DNA from: Hyphomicrobiales bacterium
GTDB lineage: Bacteria; Pseudomonadota; Alphaproteobacteria; SPJN01
NCBI GenBank assembly: GCA_006844605.1
Contig: SPJN01000013.1
Span: forward strand, 760-64,759
DNA: 64,000 nucleotides
Reading direction: 5' to 3'
Part shown: positions 26,187-35,908 of the stretch, one piece after another
Layout: each line of letters starts with the position of its first letter
Numbering within the stretch: position 1 is the first letter of the stretch
Translations under genes and position numbers: made by a program
Notes under the pieces: generated by a model
The model's input: the letters and a program-made list of their open reading frames with translations, nothing else
The model's database searches: none
What the model was told of the DNA's origin: nothing

Positions 26187-26765
26187 ATGGCAACACAATA
26201 TGATCAGGATGCGCGCTTGATGCGCCAGGTTGCGGCGGGGGATAAACGCGCCTGCCGCACCTTGCTTGATCTCTATTTGGCATCCACTTGGCGTGTTGCC
26301 TTGGCCTGTACCGGACGGGCTGACCTTGCCGATGATTTGACACAAGAAGCATTGGCGCGGCTTTGGCAGGTGGCCCCCAAATGGCAGGCGCGGGCGCGGG
26401 TCTCTACATGGCTTTATCGTGTGGTAAAGAATCTGTGGATTGATCATCTGCGCAAACAGCGACCCGGCGGTGAAGCCGTGGACGACATAGCAGAACTGGC
26501 GGATGATCGTGCCGATCCGCATGACCGGTATCAGGCGTTGCAGGCAGGCGCGACGATGGCACAGGCGGTTGCGCAATTACCGCCACGCCAGCGGATTGCG
26601 GTCACACTATATTATTTTGAAGACCTGTCGATTGATGACGGGGCGCAGGTGATGGACATTGGGGCTGATGCATTCCAATCACTGATTGCGCGGGCCCGTA
26701 AGGGGTTGAAGGTGATGCTGGCCGATCACCGGCAGGATTTGATGGAGGGGCTGACGGATGAGTGA
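26187..26765 (+). CDS. ECF (sigma-70 family group 4) RNA polymerase sigma factor
   Basis: 192 aa. Region 2 'WLYRVVKNLWIDHLRK'. Region 4 'LPPRQRIAVTLYYFEDLSIDDGAQVMDI'. Confidence 0.8.
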   Translation: MATQYDQDARLMRQVAAGDKRACRTLLDLYLASTWRVALACTGRADLADDLTQEALARLWQVAPKWQARARVSTWLYRVVKNLWIDHLRKQRPGGEAVDDIAELADDRADPHDRYQALQAGATMAQAVAQLPPRQRIAVTLYYFEDLSIDDGAQVMDIGADAFQSLIARARKGLKVMLADHRQDLMEGLTDE

Positions 26766-27096
26766 TCAAAATATGGACGATCAAACCTTGGACAAATTAT
26801 TGGCGGCTGCGCCGCGCCCATCGCCTGATGCGGCGCTGATGGGCCGGGTGATGGCCGATTTTGATGTGGCCCAAAATGCCATTGGCTGGCGTGATTTGGC
26901 GCAGATATTCTGGCCCTTTGGTCCGTTGTGGCAACCGTTGACCGCGCTGGCGCTGGTCGCGGTGATGGGGGTGGGGCTGGCACCCGCCGATATTGCGGTT
27001 TCTGATGATGCGCTTTTATTGGCGCAGGCAGATTTTGGCACGCTTGTGTTGGGGCAGGATTATGCTGCGATCCTTGAGGGGGGAGGAAACCAATGA
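26758..27096 (+). CDS. putative anti-sigma factor (single TM helix)
   Basis: 112 aa. Its start overlaps the sigma-factor stop. One TM helix 'LTALALVAVMGVGL'. Called from its position after the ECF sigma gene only. Confidence 0.4.
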   Translation: MSDQNMDDQTLDKLLAAAPRPSPDAALMGRVMADFDVAQNAIGWRDLAQIFWPFGPLWQPLTALALVAVMGVGLAPADIAVSDDALLLAQADFGTLVLGQDYAAILEGGGNQ

Positions 27097-27626
27097 CCCG
27101 TAATCGTTTGTTGGCGCTGGCATTGTTTGTTTCGGTTGCCGTAAATATTTTTGCCGCGTCGGTATTTTTGGGGCCAGCCTTCCGGCAGGGGCCATATCTT
27201 GGCCCAATGACCGGGGAAAGGCATTTGGGAAGCCACGGGGAAAGGCATGGGGAAAGGCATGGGGAAAGGCATGGGCTGGACCTGCATCAGCTTGAACATT
27301 TGTCTGACGCCTCGCAACAAAAAGTGCGCGCCATTTGGCGGGATAGCCGCCGCGACCTTCATCGTGAGTTTCGTGCCTCGATAAAGGCGCGCCGTGGCTT
27401 GACCGAAGCACTGACCGCCGAAACTTATGATGCGCAGGCGGTGATGGCGGCGCAGGCGGCGCTTGATGCGGCGATGGGGCGGGTGCGGGCGCTGACTAAT
27501 CAGGCGGTCTTGGATAGTGCCAGCGTTCTGTCGGATGAGGAACGGGAAGAATTTTTCAAACGTGGTTTCCGGCCCCGGCATGGCAAACAGTCATCATCAG
27601 ATGATGATAGAGATGATGATGATTAG
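27093..27626 (+). CDS. periplasmic Spy/CpxP/ZraP-family (LTXXQ-type) metal-stress protein, His-rich
   Basis: 177 aa. Signal peptide, 'HGERHGERHGERHG' repeat, LTXXQ-like 'LSDASQQ' and 'LSDEERE', acidic tail. Confidence 0.5.
   Translation: MTRNRLLALALFVSVAVNIFAASVFLGPAFRQGPYLGPMTGERHLGSHGERHGERHGERHGLDLHQLEHLSDASQQKVRAIWRDSRRDLHREFRASIKARRGLTEALTAETYDAQAVMAAQAALDAAMGRVRALTNQAVLDSASVLSDEEREEFFKRGFRPRHGKQSSSDDDRDDDD
27237..27272 (+). repeat. 12-bp tandem repeat x3 (ggggaaaggcat) encoding (GERH)n
   Basis: Read directly from the sequence. A degenerate fourth copy lies just upstream. In-frame and coding. Confidence 0.9.
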
Positions 27627-27644
27627 CGGGTCATCAGATAATGA

Positions 27645-29285
27645 TCAGATGATCTGCCACTGCCCGGTGGCAAGGGCATAGGCCCCGATCAGGGCATTGG
27701 CGCAGGCGTGGGCGATTATCGCATCGCTGACGTTTTTCCGCCGCAAATACAGCAGCCCGAAACACAGGCCTGCAAGGCCCGCCAATATCCAATCGCCGTG
27801 TAATGCGGCGAACAGGCCGCTGCTGACCACAAGCGCGACAAGTCTTGTTGCCAGTGAATTGCGGGTGTTCAGGCGCGCCAGAATATAGCCACGGAAAAAC
27901 AGTTCTTCCACCACCGGAATGATAAGGCTGGTGCCGATCAGGCGCGCAGTGACCCACAGGGTAAATGCGGCAGCAGACAGGGCACCTAAGCGGTCGGTCA
28001 GTATATCGTCGGCAGGGGTGTTGCGCAGAGCCACGATCCAAACCACACCGATCACCAAGCCCGTTGCGATGGCAAGCGGATCGGGGGTGAGCTTGATGCC
28101 GCGCAGCACCGGCCAAAACAGCCACAATGCAGCAGCCACAACCGCAATCCGCGCAGGATAGGCCAGTGCCGGTACTTCAATGACTGCACCTGCGATCAAA
28201 GATGTTGTCATCAATATGATGAATGGCAGGATATAGGCCGCAAGCGGGTCTTGGCGGAAAGGGGTGGTCGATGCTTGGGGCGCGGGATCAGTTTGCTTGA
28301 TAAACCATGTCGATTTTTCAACCAGCACAATAATGCTGATATTCAGGATCAGGAACATGATCCACCCGGCATAGGAATGAAACCCGTCGATCGCCAGTTC
28401 CGGCGAAATATCTGCGCCGACAATGATCAACAGGGCAACCCGCACGGTGTTTAGAAGATAGCTTAGAATGATGGCGATGGGGATCAGCATGGCAAACCGC
28501 GCGACCCGTAGATGGTTGCTCATCAAAAACAGATACGACCCCAATAGGGTGGTGGTCAGGATCAGGCCCTGAACGCCTGAACAGGTGTGACCGACAAAAA
28601 CGCGGAACCCTTCTACGCCCATCACGAAATCCTTGTCCCCATATAGCGGGGTGTAGCCAAGGATGGTCAACAGCGCAGCAACCCCATCAAATGTGGTGCG
28701 GGTAACAAGCGGGATTTGCCATGATGCTTGCAGCGTATAAAACCCGATCAATGGCGATATGGTGGCAATGATCACGAACCAGAACGGTTTTCGTTTCGCA
28801 GCTTCAAGCCATTGTGCAGGCGTGGCCAGAATGAACACAACACCGATCACGGCGCATAAGGCACCGCCCAGCCACATGGCAAGGCCATATGATTGTATCA
28901 ATGCCGGATCAGAAACAGCCAACAGGCCGGGCAGTGACAACAGCAATACCCCGCCGATATGAACCGCCAGCCATGTGGGCGACAGGCTTGATGCCAAGCG
29001 GGCCTGCCGCATTGCGTGGGTGATTTGATGGGTTTGATAAAGGCAAAGCAACAACAGCGCCACCGCGCCGCCAAATATCATTTCATAGAAAAAATTCGTC
29101 AGCGTGCAGAATGTCGTGTCGGATGCCAAAAACCGGCACATATCGACCGGCATATCAGGGTGCCCGGCGACCGGACCTGAAATATAGATAATGAATAACA
29201 GTCCCAATTCCACGGCAAACAGACAGGTCAGTGCTGTGACCTGCCAAATGAGTGAGGTTGGAATAGGCCGTGCCGCGTGGGTCAT
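27645..29285 (-). CDS. exosortase fused to CPBP (CAAX-type) intramembrane protease, XrtE-like, VPEID-CTERM system
   Basis: 546 aa polytopic membrane protein. Exosortase signatures 'GHTCSGVQGL' (catalytic Cys), 'LLNTVRVALL' (NxxR), 'FHSYAGWIMF'. C-terminal CPBP motifs 'VVEELFFRGYI', 'FAALHG', 'AHACANA'. Three VPEIS/APEVS-CTERM mini-genes lie nearby. Confidence 0.75.
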   Translation of the reverse strand: MTHAARPIPTSLIWQVTALTCLFAVELGLLFIIYISGPVAGHPDMPVDMCRFLASDTTFCTLTNFFYEMIFGGAVALLLLCLYQTHQITHAMRQARLASSLSPTWLAVHIGGVLLLSLPGLLAVSDPALIQSYGLAMWLGGALCAVIGVVFILATPAQWLEAAKRKPFWFVIIATISPLIGFYTLQASWQIPLVTRTTFDGVAALLTILGYTPLYGDKDFVMGVEGFRVFVGHTCSGVQGLILTTTLLGSYLFLMSNHLRVARFAMLIPIAIILSYLLNTVRVALLIIVGADISPELAIDGFHSYAGWIMFLILNISIIVLVEKSTWFIKQTDPAPQASTTPFRQDPLAAYILPFIILMTTSLIAGAVIEVPALAYPARIAVVAAALWLFWPVLRGIKLTPDPLAIATGLVIGVVWIVALRNTPADDILTDRLGALSAAAFTLWVTARLIGTSLIIPVVEELFFRGYILARLNTRNSLATRLVALVVSSGLFAALHGDWILAGLAGLCFGLLYLRRKNVSDAIIAHACANALIGAYALATGQWQII

Positions 29286-29567
29286 GAATACTCAATCAAA
29301 ATGTTCAGATATCTTGCCAACCCAATCGCGCATCATCAATGCAGATCAGGCAGGCGACAGTGCCATAGTCATTGGATAGTTGGAAAGCAAAATCAGCCTT
29401 GGACAGATATGGCAATGTGGTGGTCCTCCGCCCGCGCCCCCTACCGCCACACAACCCCAAAATGCATTGCAGTTGTGCGCTGGTCAAACACGCAATTGAC
29501 CGCTTGTCAGGGTGTTTGCGCACGTCTATGGTCAAACGGTAATGATAGGGGCTAAAGGAAAATTATC

Positions 29568-29735
29568 ATGAAAATCATTCTATCCGCCGCAACATTGGTT
29601 GCTGTTTCAACAGGCAGTGCCTTTGCAATTTCCGGCGGCAGCGTCCCCGAAATTTCATCAGTGGGCGGCGTCGCTGCAATGGCCATTGTGGGCGGCATTG
29701 CCGTTTATCTGTGGGAACGCAAAAACCGCAAATAG
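29568..29735 (+). CDS. VPEID-CTERM-type exosortase sorting-signal mini-protein (55 aa)
   Basis: Not in the ORF track because it is shorter than 60 aa. MKIILSAATLVAVSTGSAFAISGGSVPEISSVGGVAAMAIVGGIAVYLWERKNRK: signal peptide, VPEIS motif, TM helix, RKNRK tail. Shine-Dalgarno 'aaagga'. Confidence 0.65.
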   Translation: MKIILSAATLVAVSTGSAFAISGGSVPEISSVGGVAAMAIVGGIAVYLWERKNRK

Positions 29736-29776
29736 ACCATCTATGTATTTGATATGGACGCAAAGGCTTTCGTTTC

Positions 29777-30667
29777 GTGAGTGATTTTTTTGCGTCCATA
29801 ATCGAACTGCTGGTTTCGTTCGCACCACTGATTATTGCTTTCGCTGGCGCTTATGCGTTGGAAGTGTGGCGTCCGTGGCGGCGGCGAGATGAGCGGTTCT
29901 GGCTGCGTGCTGCCCAGGCAACAATCCTTTATGCGGTTGGTGTTTGGCTTGTCGTGGTTCTGTTTCCCGGATCGCTGCAAGAGCTGTCGGATAACAATGC
30001 CCAATCGGGGTTGGGTTTGCTGCCCCTTTTGGGGGTGGAGCCGCTGAATTGGTCACTGCCAGTCTTGTTCGTGGTGACGTTTTGCTTGCGGGACTTGCTG
30101 TTGTACACCACGCATTGGACCACGCATAAGTTCCCGTTTTTGTGGCGTATGCACCGGGTGCATCATTCCGATATCGAGATTGACGCATCAACCGCGCTGC
30201 GCGATCACCCACTTGAAATAATCTATGGGTTGTCGGTGCATATCATTGTGTTTTTGGCGCTGGGCATTCCGGGCACCGCCTTGGGGCCGACGATTGCCGT
30301 TTCGCTGGCATTGGGGGTTTGGGTGCATACAAACACGCCGTCCCCCCAATGGATGAAATATGTGGCCTTGGTCTTGGTGACGCCTGATTATCATCGACGT
30401 CACCACAGCGCTGCGATGGCAGACTTCAATTGTAATTTGGGCAATTCATTGACGATCTGGGACCGCTTGTTCGGGACCGTGCATGCGACCTTCAAAGGTG
30501 TGTCGACAGAACAAAATCAAGATGTCAGTTTCGGCTGCCCTGTCCCTGACGAGCAGCGAGATACGTTGATTGGTATGTTGCTTGATCCGTTCCAGCGCGA
30601 GCTGACCGAACAGGAAATAGCCGCGACAACATCTGCTGCCAAACCTGATAGCAGCCAGCACTCATAA
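29777..30667 (+). CDS. fatty-acid hydroxylase / sterol-desaturase-family membrane protein
   Basis: 296 aa. Histidine boxes 'HWTTH', 'HRVHHSD', 'HRRHHS'. Confidence 0.7.
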   Translation: MSDFFASIIELLVSFAPLIIAFAGAYALEVWRPWRRRDERFWLRAAQATILYAVGVWLVVVLFPGSLQELSDNNAQSGLGLLPLLGVEPLNWSLPVLFVVTFCLRDLLLYTTHWTTHKFPFLWRMHRVHHSDIEIDASTALRDHPLEIIYGLSVHIIVFLALGIPGTALGPTIAVSLALGVWVHTNTPSPQWMKYVALVLVTPDYHRRHHSAAMADFNCNLGNSLTIWDRLFGTVHATFKGVSTEQNQDVSFGCPVPDEQRDTLIGMLLDPFQRELTEQEIAATTSAAKPDSSQHS

Positions 30668-30700
30668 CCAAATCGCTAAATGGGTAGCGCCACCGTCTGT

Positions 30701-31546
30701 TCAGTCGCGCTGATCTTGCTGCGTTGGTGGCGCTGGCGGCGTTACAGGGTTGGGCAATATCGGGTCTGCCAACAGGCCCACGATTGCATTATACCGTTCA
30801 GGCGGCTGGCCAACGCCCACTGTGAAGTGGGCTGGCGCGGCGGGCGCAAATCCCTGCACAAGTGGGTTGGCACTACCAAACAGATGATCCCAAATGGTCA
30901 GGACAGTGCCGTAATTGGTCATTTGATCCTGCCCGGCGTCGCTGTGATGGCGTTTGTGATATTCCGGCGTCACAATCAGGCGTGACAGGGGCCGCAAAAA
31001 ACGCGGGGTCACAATATTGCTGTGGACATAGAAATTGATCACCAGCAAGACACCCTCTGCCCAGATAAAGCAGATCAGCGGCAGGCCGCTGACAACAATA
31101 ACGCCCAAGGTCAGCGCGGTGTTGATCAGAACCTCAACCGGGTGAAACCGCAAAGCGGTTGAGGTGTCATAGCTGGTGTCAGAATGGTGGGCGCGATGGA
31201 TGCGCCACAGCACGGGCACCTGATGAAACAGGCGATGCGAAAAATAGACCGCCAGATCCGTTACCAGCAACGTGATGATGAAACTGACTGCCAAGGGCAT
31301 CTGGGCAAAAAAGTCGGCACTGATCTGCCATTGCAGCGCCAGTGCAGCGGCCTGTGATTGGGTCGGCAATAAGTTCACGGTCAGAATGCTGGCCGTTAAA
31401 TAAAGCGTCGTAGACAATAACAGCCGATAGGCATAGGGGGCCTGCGCCTTTTCAAAGGGCGCAAACAGTTCGGCCAAACGAAACAGGGCCAAACACAGGA
31501 TCAGCGGACCAAAGGCGATAAGCGTATCTGTCAGCTGGTCAATCAT
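30701..31546 (-). CDS. fatty-acid hydroxylase / sterol-desaturase-family membrane protein (paralog)
   Basis: 281 aa. 'HRLFH', 'HRAHHSD', 'HKRHHS'. Convergent with the paralog at 29777. Confidence 0.7.
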   Translation of the reverse strand: MIDQLTDTLIAFGPLILCLALFRLAELFAPFEKAQAPYAYRLLLSTTLYLTASILTVNLLPTQSQAAALALQWQISADFFAQMPLAVSFIITLLVTDLAVYFSHRLFHQVPVLWRIHRAHHSDTSYDTSTALRFHPVEVLINTALTLGVIVVSGLPLICFIWAEGVLLVINFYVHSNIVTPRFLRPLSRLIVTPEYHKRHHSDAGQDQMTNYGTVLTIWDHLFGSANPLVQGFAPAAPAHFTVGVGQPPERYNAIVGLLADPILPNPVTPPAPPTQQDQRD

Positions 31547-31640
31547 ATTGTAACCACCATAAATCCCAGTTTTTTAACCGCCAAAAAAGAAAGGCACCGA
31601 TGTGATCGATGCCCTTCGTCAGTTTGATAAGGCAACCGCC

Positions 31641-31808
31641 CTATTTGCGGTTCTTGCGATCCCAGAAATAGGCAGCAATGCCGCCAATAACTGCCATGGC
31701 CGCCAAACCACCTGTGGCTGACACTTCGGGTGCGCCGATTGGCGCAAAGCCCGCGAGAGCGGGACTTGTTGCGGTTGCAAACAGTGCGGCTGCAATTATC
31801 TTTTTCAT
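31641..31808 (-). CDS. VPEID-CTERM-type sorting-signal mini-protein (55 aa)
   Basis: Not in the ORF track. MKKIIAAALFATATSPALAGFAPIGAPEVSATGGLAAMAVIGGIAAYFWDRKNRK. The track ORF 31543..31827 on this strand is in the wrong frame. Confidence 0.65.
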   Translation of the reverse strand: MKKIIAAALFATATSPALAGFAPIGAPEVSATGGLAAMAVIGGIAAYFWDRKNRK

Positions 31809-31937
31809 TTCGGCCCCTCTTATACAATTAAACTTATGTTTTTGAGTATAGGGTGACGTTAGGCCCGGTCAAATAAAAAGACGGCCCGCATGGAGCCGCC
31901 TTTCGCAGAATTGTCATGGATTCGTTAGGCAACAGCC

Positions 31938-32111
31938 CTATTTGCGGTTCTTGCGATCCCAGAAATAGGCAGCAATGCCGCCAACAACGGCCATGGCCGC
32001 CAAACCGCCTGTGGCTGACACTTCCGGTGCACCGATTGGGATACGAACTTTCCCGGCAAAGGCAGGGCCTGTCGCCATTATAAATAGTGCGGCTGTATAG
32101 AGCTTTTTCAT
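31938..32111 (-). CDS. VPEID-CTERM-type sorting-signal mini-protein (57 aa)
   Basis: Internal start of the track ORF 31938..32171 (MKKLYTAALFIMATGPAFAGKVRIPIGAPEVSATGGLAAMAVVGGIAAYFWDRKNRK). Near-identical tandem copy of the gene at 31641. Confidence 0.65.
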   Translation of the reverse strand: MKKLYTAALFIMATGPAFAGKVRIPIGAPEVSATGGLAAMAVVGGIAAYFWDRKNRK

Positions 32112-32167
32112 ATTGTTCCCCAATATATTAACCTTACATGCCCAATATAGGACCGCGGAGGGACGGG

Positions 32168-32203
32168 TCAAATAAAAAGACGCCGGGGTGCCCCCCGACG
32201 CCT
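32168..32203 (-). terminator. rho-independent terminator downstream of acnA
   Basis: On the minus strand: a GC stem (cgtcgggg / ccccggcg, one wobble), loop 'ggca', then 'tcttttta'. A related element repeats at about 31869-31902 after the duplicated mini-gene. Confidence 0.45.
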
Positions 32204-32227
32204 TCGTGATTTGATCGGTGTGTCTGC

Positions 32228-34942
32228 CTATTGCGCCAGATCCCGCAGCACGTAATGCAGGATGCCGCCATTGCGGAAATAGGCGACCTCGTTCCCTGTA
32301 TCAATGCGCAGCAGCAGCGGCACTTTCTTGGTCTTGCCATTCTTATAGGTGATCTGTGCCTCTACCGTCATGCGGGGTTTAATGCCCTTGGCAAGGCCGG
32401 GCAGGGTGATGGTTTCAGACCCGTCCATTTTCAGCGTTTTGCGGCTGGTGCCTTCTTCGAACTGTAGGGGCAGGACGCCCATCCCAACAAGGTTGGAACG
32501 GTGAATCCGTTCAAAGCTTTCGGCGATCACGGCCTTCACCCCCAGCAGGATCGTGCCCTTGGCCGCCCAATCGCGGGACGACCCGGTGCCATATTCCTTG
32601 CCGGCCACAACCACCAGCGGGGTGCCTGCGGTTTGATATGCCATCGCCGCGTCATAGATTGACATCTGTTTGCCACTGGGTTGATGAACGGTCACGCCGC
32701 CTTCGACGCCGGGGACCATTTCGTTTTTGATGCGGATATTGGCAAAGGTGCCGCGCATCATCACCTGATGATTGCCGCGCCGTGACCCATATGAGTTAAA
32801 GTCGGCTTGCGCCACCTTGTTTTTGGTCAGATAGGCACCGGCGGGGCTGTCCTTTTTGATGACGCCTGCGGGGCTGATATGATCGGTGGTGATGGAATCA
32901 CCAAACAGGCCCAACACGCGGGCATCTTCAACATCCGTCAGCTTGTCCACATCCATCGTCATGCCATCGAAATAGGGCGGGTTTTGCACATAGGTTGACT
33001 TGTCATCGAAGTCATATGTCAGCCCCTCGCCCGCCTTGATCTTGCGCCAGCCCGCGTCACCGGTGAACACATCGGCATAGCGTTTCTTGAACGCTGCGCG
33101 CGTTACGGTCTTGCGGACGGTTTGGGTAATCTCAGCATTTGATGGCCAAATATCCTTCAAATAAACCGGGTTGCCCTTGCGGTCCTGCCCGATGGGATCG
33201 GTGGTCAGGTTCAGCTTGGTCGTTCCGGCAAGGGCATAGGCAACAACCAAGGGCGGGGAGGCAAGATAGTTCGCCTTGACCTGTTGGTTGACACGGCCTT
33301 CAAAATTGCGATTGCCTGACAGCACCGATGCGACGGCCAAATCTTCCTTGGCCACGGTTTTGCTGATGGGCGGCGGCAGGGGGCCTGAATTGCCGATACA
33401 GGTCGTGCAGCCATAGCCAACCACGTTAAAGCCCAGCTTATTCAATTCCCTTTGCAGGCCGGCGGCTTGCAGATAGTCAGACACAACTTGCGACCCCGGC
33501 GCGAGGGAGGTTTTGACCCACGGCTTCACCTTCATACCCAGCCTGGCGGCATTGCGCGCCAGCAGCCCCGCGCCAATCATGACAGATGGGTTGGAGGTAT
33601 TGGTGCAACTGGTGATGGCGGCGATCACAACATCGCCATGCCCAAGGTCGTAATTTTCGCCCCGCACCTTAACGCGGCGGTCAGCTTCGTCCGCCTTGCC
33701 GAATTCATTGGCGAGGGTGTCGGCAAAGTTTTGCGCAACACCGCTAAGGGCCACGCGGTCCTGTGGCCGTTTGGGGCCTGCCAATGACGGCTCTACCGTA
33801 GACATATCAAGTTCAAGTGTGTCGGTGAACACCGGGTCCTTTGACCGCTTGGTGCGCCACATGCCCTGTTTTTTGGCATAGGCTTCGGTCAGGGCAACCC
33901 GTGACGGGCTGCGGCCTGTTGATTTCAGGTAATTGATGGTTTCGTCATCAATGGGGAAGAACCCACATGTGGCGCCATATTCGGGGGCCATATTGGCCAC
34001 GGTGGCCCGGTCAGCCAGCGACAGCTGGTCAAGGCCGGGGCCGTAAAATTCAACGAACTTGCCGACCACGCCCTTATTGCGCAGCATTTCAGTGATGGTT
34101 AGCACAAGGTCAGTGGCGGTGTTGCCTTCCCTGATCTTGCCCGTCAGCTTGAAGCCGACAACTTCAGGTAACAGCATGGAAATCGGCTGGCCCAGCATTG
34201 CGGCCTCAGCCTCAATCCCGCCAACACCCCAGCCCAGCACGGCAAGGCCGTTGACCATGGTGGTGTGGCTATCGGTGCCGACCAGCGTGTCGGGATAGGC
34301 GACATCTACCTTGTTGCCCTTTTCATCCAGCCCCTTACCGGTCCAGACGGTTTGGGCCAGATATTCCAGATTGACCTGATGGCAGATGCCGGTGCCCGGC
34401 GGCACAACGCGGAAATTGTCAAACGCCTGTTGGCCCCAGCGCAGAAACTTATAGCGTTCATCATTACGTGAATATTCCAGCGATACATTATCCTTGAACG
34501 CCTGTGGCGTGCCGAAATGATCAACCATCACTGAATGGTCGATCACCAAATCGACGGGGGCCAGCGGGTTGATCTTTTTCGGGTTTGCGCCAAGCGCAGT
34601 CATTGCGCCGCGCATGGCAGCAAGGTCAACCACGGCGGGCACGCCGGTAAAATCCTGCATCAGCACGCGGGCGGGGCGATAGGCAATCTCCTTCGGGTTC
34701 TTTTTACGCTTCAACCATGTGCCCAGCGCCTTGATGTCCTTTTCCTTGACCGTGTCGCCATCTTCAAAGCGCAGCAGGTTTTCAAGGATGACTTTTAACG
34801 AGTAGGGCAGGCGATCAAAGTCGAGGCCCAATGCCTTTGCTGCCTTGGGAACCGAATAATAGGTATAGGTCTTGGCCCCGACTTTCAGCCGTGATTTGGT
34901 TTTCAGCGTGTCTTGGCCAAGTGTCTGTACTGGTGCAGGCAT
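32228..34942 (-). CDS. acnA: aconitate hydratase A
   Basis: 904 aa. Full-length aconitase A with the characteristic Fe-S cluster ligand and substrate-binding regions. Confidence 0.95.
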   Translation of the reverse strand: MPAPVQTLGQDTLKTKSRLKVGAKTYTYYSVPKAAKALGLDFDRLPYSLKVILENLLRFEDGDTVKEKDIKALGTWLKRKKNPKEIAYRPARVLMQDFTGVPAVVDLAAMRGAMTALGANPKKINPLAPVDLVIDHSVMVDHFGTPQAFKDNVSLEYSRNDERYKFLRWGQQAFDNFRVVPPGTGICHQVNLEYLAQTVWTGKGLDEKGNKVDVAYPDTLVGTDSHTTMVNGLAVLGWGVGGIEAEAAMLGQPISMLLPEVVGFKLTGKIREGNTATDLVLTITEMLRNKGVVGKFVEFYGPGLDQLSLADRATVANMAPEYGATCGFFPIDDETINYLKSTGRSPSRVALTEAYAKKQGMWRTKRSKDPVFTDTLELDMSTVEPSLAGPKRPQDRVALSGVAQNFADTLANEFGKADEADRRVKVRGENYDLGHGDVVIAAITSCTNTSNPSVMIGAGLLARNAARLGMKVKPWVKTSLAPGSQVVSDYLQAAGLQRELNKLGFNVVGYGCTTCIGNSGPLPPPISKTVAKEDLAVASVLSGNRNFEGRVNQQVKANYLASPPLVVAYALAGTTKLNLTTDPIGQDRKGNPVYLKDIWPSNAEITQTVRKTVTRAAFKKRYADVFTGDAGWRKIKAGEGLTYDFDDKSTYVQNPPYFDGMTMDVDKLTDVEDARVLGLFGDSITTDHISPAGVIKKDSPAGAYLTKNKVAQADFNSYGSRRGNHQVMMRGTFANIRIKNEMVPGVEGGVTVHQPSGKQMSIYDAAMAYQTAGTPLVVVAGKEYGTGSSRDWAAKGTILLGVKAVIAESFERIHRSNLVGMGVLPLQFEEGTSRKTLKMDGSETITLPGLAKGIKPRMTVEAQITYKNGKTKKVPLLLRIDTGNEVAYFRNGGILHYVLRDLAQ

Positions 34943-35107
34943 CGTATTCCCCTCTTATTCGTTTGGTGCAGTTTTGTACCTTAAGTCCCACAACTAAGCC
35001 TTTGGGCTTCAAAAAGCTATGACTTCCAGCCATAGTAGCGGTAATTCGCAGTGATCTTGCCAGCTGTTTTGCCAGCTATCTTACTAGTGATTTTGAATGA
35101 GAGTGTT

Positions 35108-35908
35108 GTGACAGTCAAAATTGAACATAAGGAGGCGGTGACCATCGTCTCAATCGATCGGCCCGATCGGCGCAATGCGGTGGATGGTGATACCGCCCGT
35201 GCGCTGGCAGATGCCTTTCGTGCGTTTGATGAGGATGACACGAAAAAGGTCGGCATTTTGACCGGCACGGCAGGGGCCTTTTGCGCTGGTGCTGATCTGA
35301 AGGCCGTGGCCGCAGGGCTGGGCGCAAACCCCGTGACGCCCCCCAAGGTCGGTGACGCGTTTGACCGCCTTGATGTCGGGCCGATGGGGCCTAGCCGCTT
35401 TGTCCTGAACAAGCCTGTGATCGCCGCCATCGAAGGGCACGCGGTTGCCGGCGGGCTTGAGCTTGCCTTGTGGTGCGATATGCGCGTGGTATCCGAAGAT
35501 GCGGTGCTGGGCGTGTTTTGCCGCCGTTGGGGGGTGCCGCTGATTGATGGTGGCACGGTTCGGCTGCCGCGCCTGATCGGGCAGGGTCATGCGATGGATT
35601 TGATTCTGACGGGCCGCCCCGTGGATGCTGAAGAGGCACGGATGATGGGCCTTGCCAACCGTATCGCGCCCAAGGGGGACGCGCTGTATGAGGCATTGAA
35701 GCTGGCCCAACAATTATGCGAATTTCCGCAAATCTGTATGCGGCATGACCGGTTGAGCGCGCTGGAACAATGGGGCCTGCCCTATGATCAGGCGATGGCA
35801 AATGAAGTTGATCATGGCCGCCATGCGCTCAAGGCTGATGAGGCCCGCACAGGTGCCGCCCGCTTTGCCGCCGGGCGTGGCCGTGGTGGAAGTTTCGATA
35901 AGATATGA
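35108..35908 (+). CDS. enoyl-CoA hydratase/isomerase (crotonase) family protein
   Basis: Crotonase fold '…ILTGTAGAFCAGADLKA…IAAIEGHAVAGGLELALWCDMRV'. Start uncertain: all candidates are GTG/TTG (35051, 35087, 35093, 35108). 35108 is chosen for a typical ~266 aa length. The stop overlaps the ccmA start. Confidence 0.7.
   Translation: MTVKIEHKEAVTIVSIDRPDRRNAVDGDTARALADAFRAFDEDDTKKVGILTGTAGAFCAGADLKAVAAGLGANPVTPPKVGDAFDRLDVGPMGPSRFVLNKPVIAAIEGHAVAGGLELALWCDMRVVSEDAVLGVFCRRWGVPLIDGGTVRLPRLIGQGHAMDLILTGRPVDAEEARMMGLANRIAPKGDALYEALKLAQQLCEFPQICMRHDRLSALEQWGLPYDQAMANEVDHGRHALKADEARTGAARFAAGRGRGGSFDKI

Noticed and set aside
31543-31827. 94-aa minus-strand ORF from the track
   Set aside because: Wrong frame. 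The same DNA encodes, in another frame, a 55-aa protein with a signal peptide and a conserved APEVS-CTERM tail that is near-identical to two other local mini-proteins.
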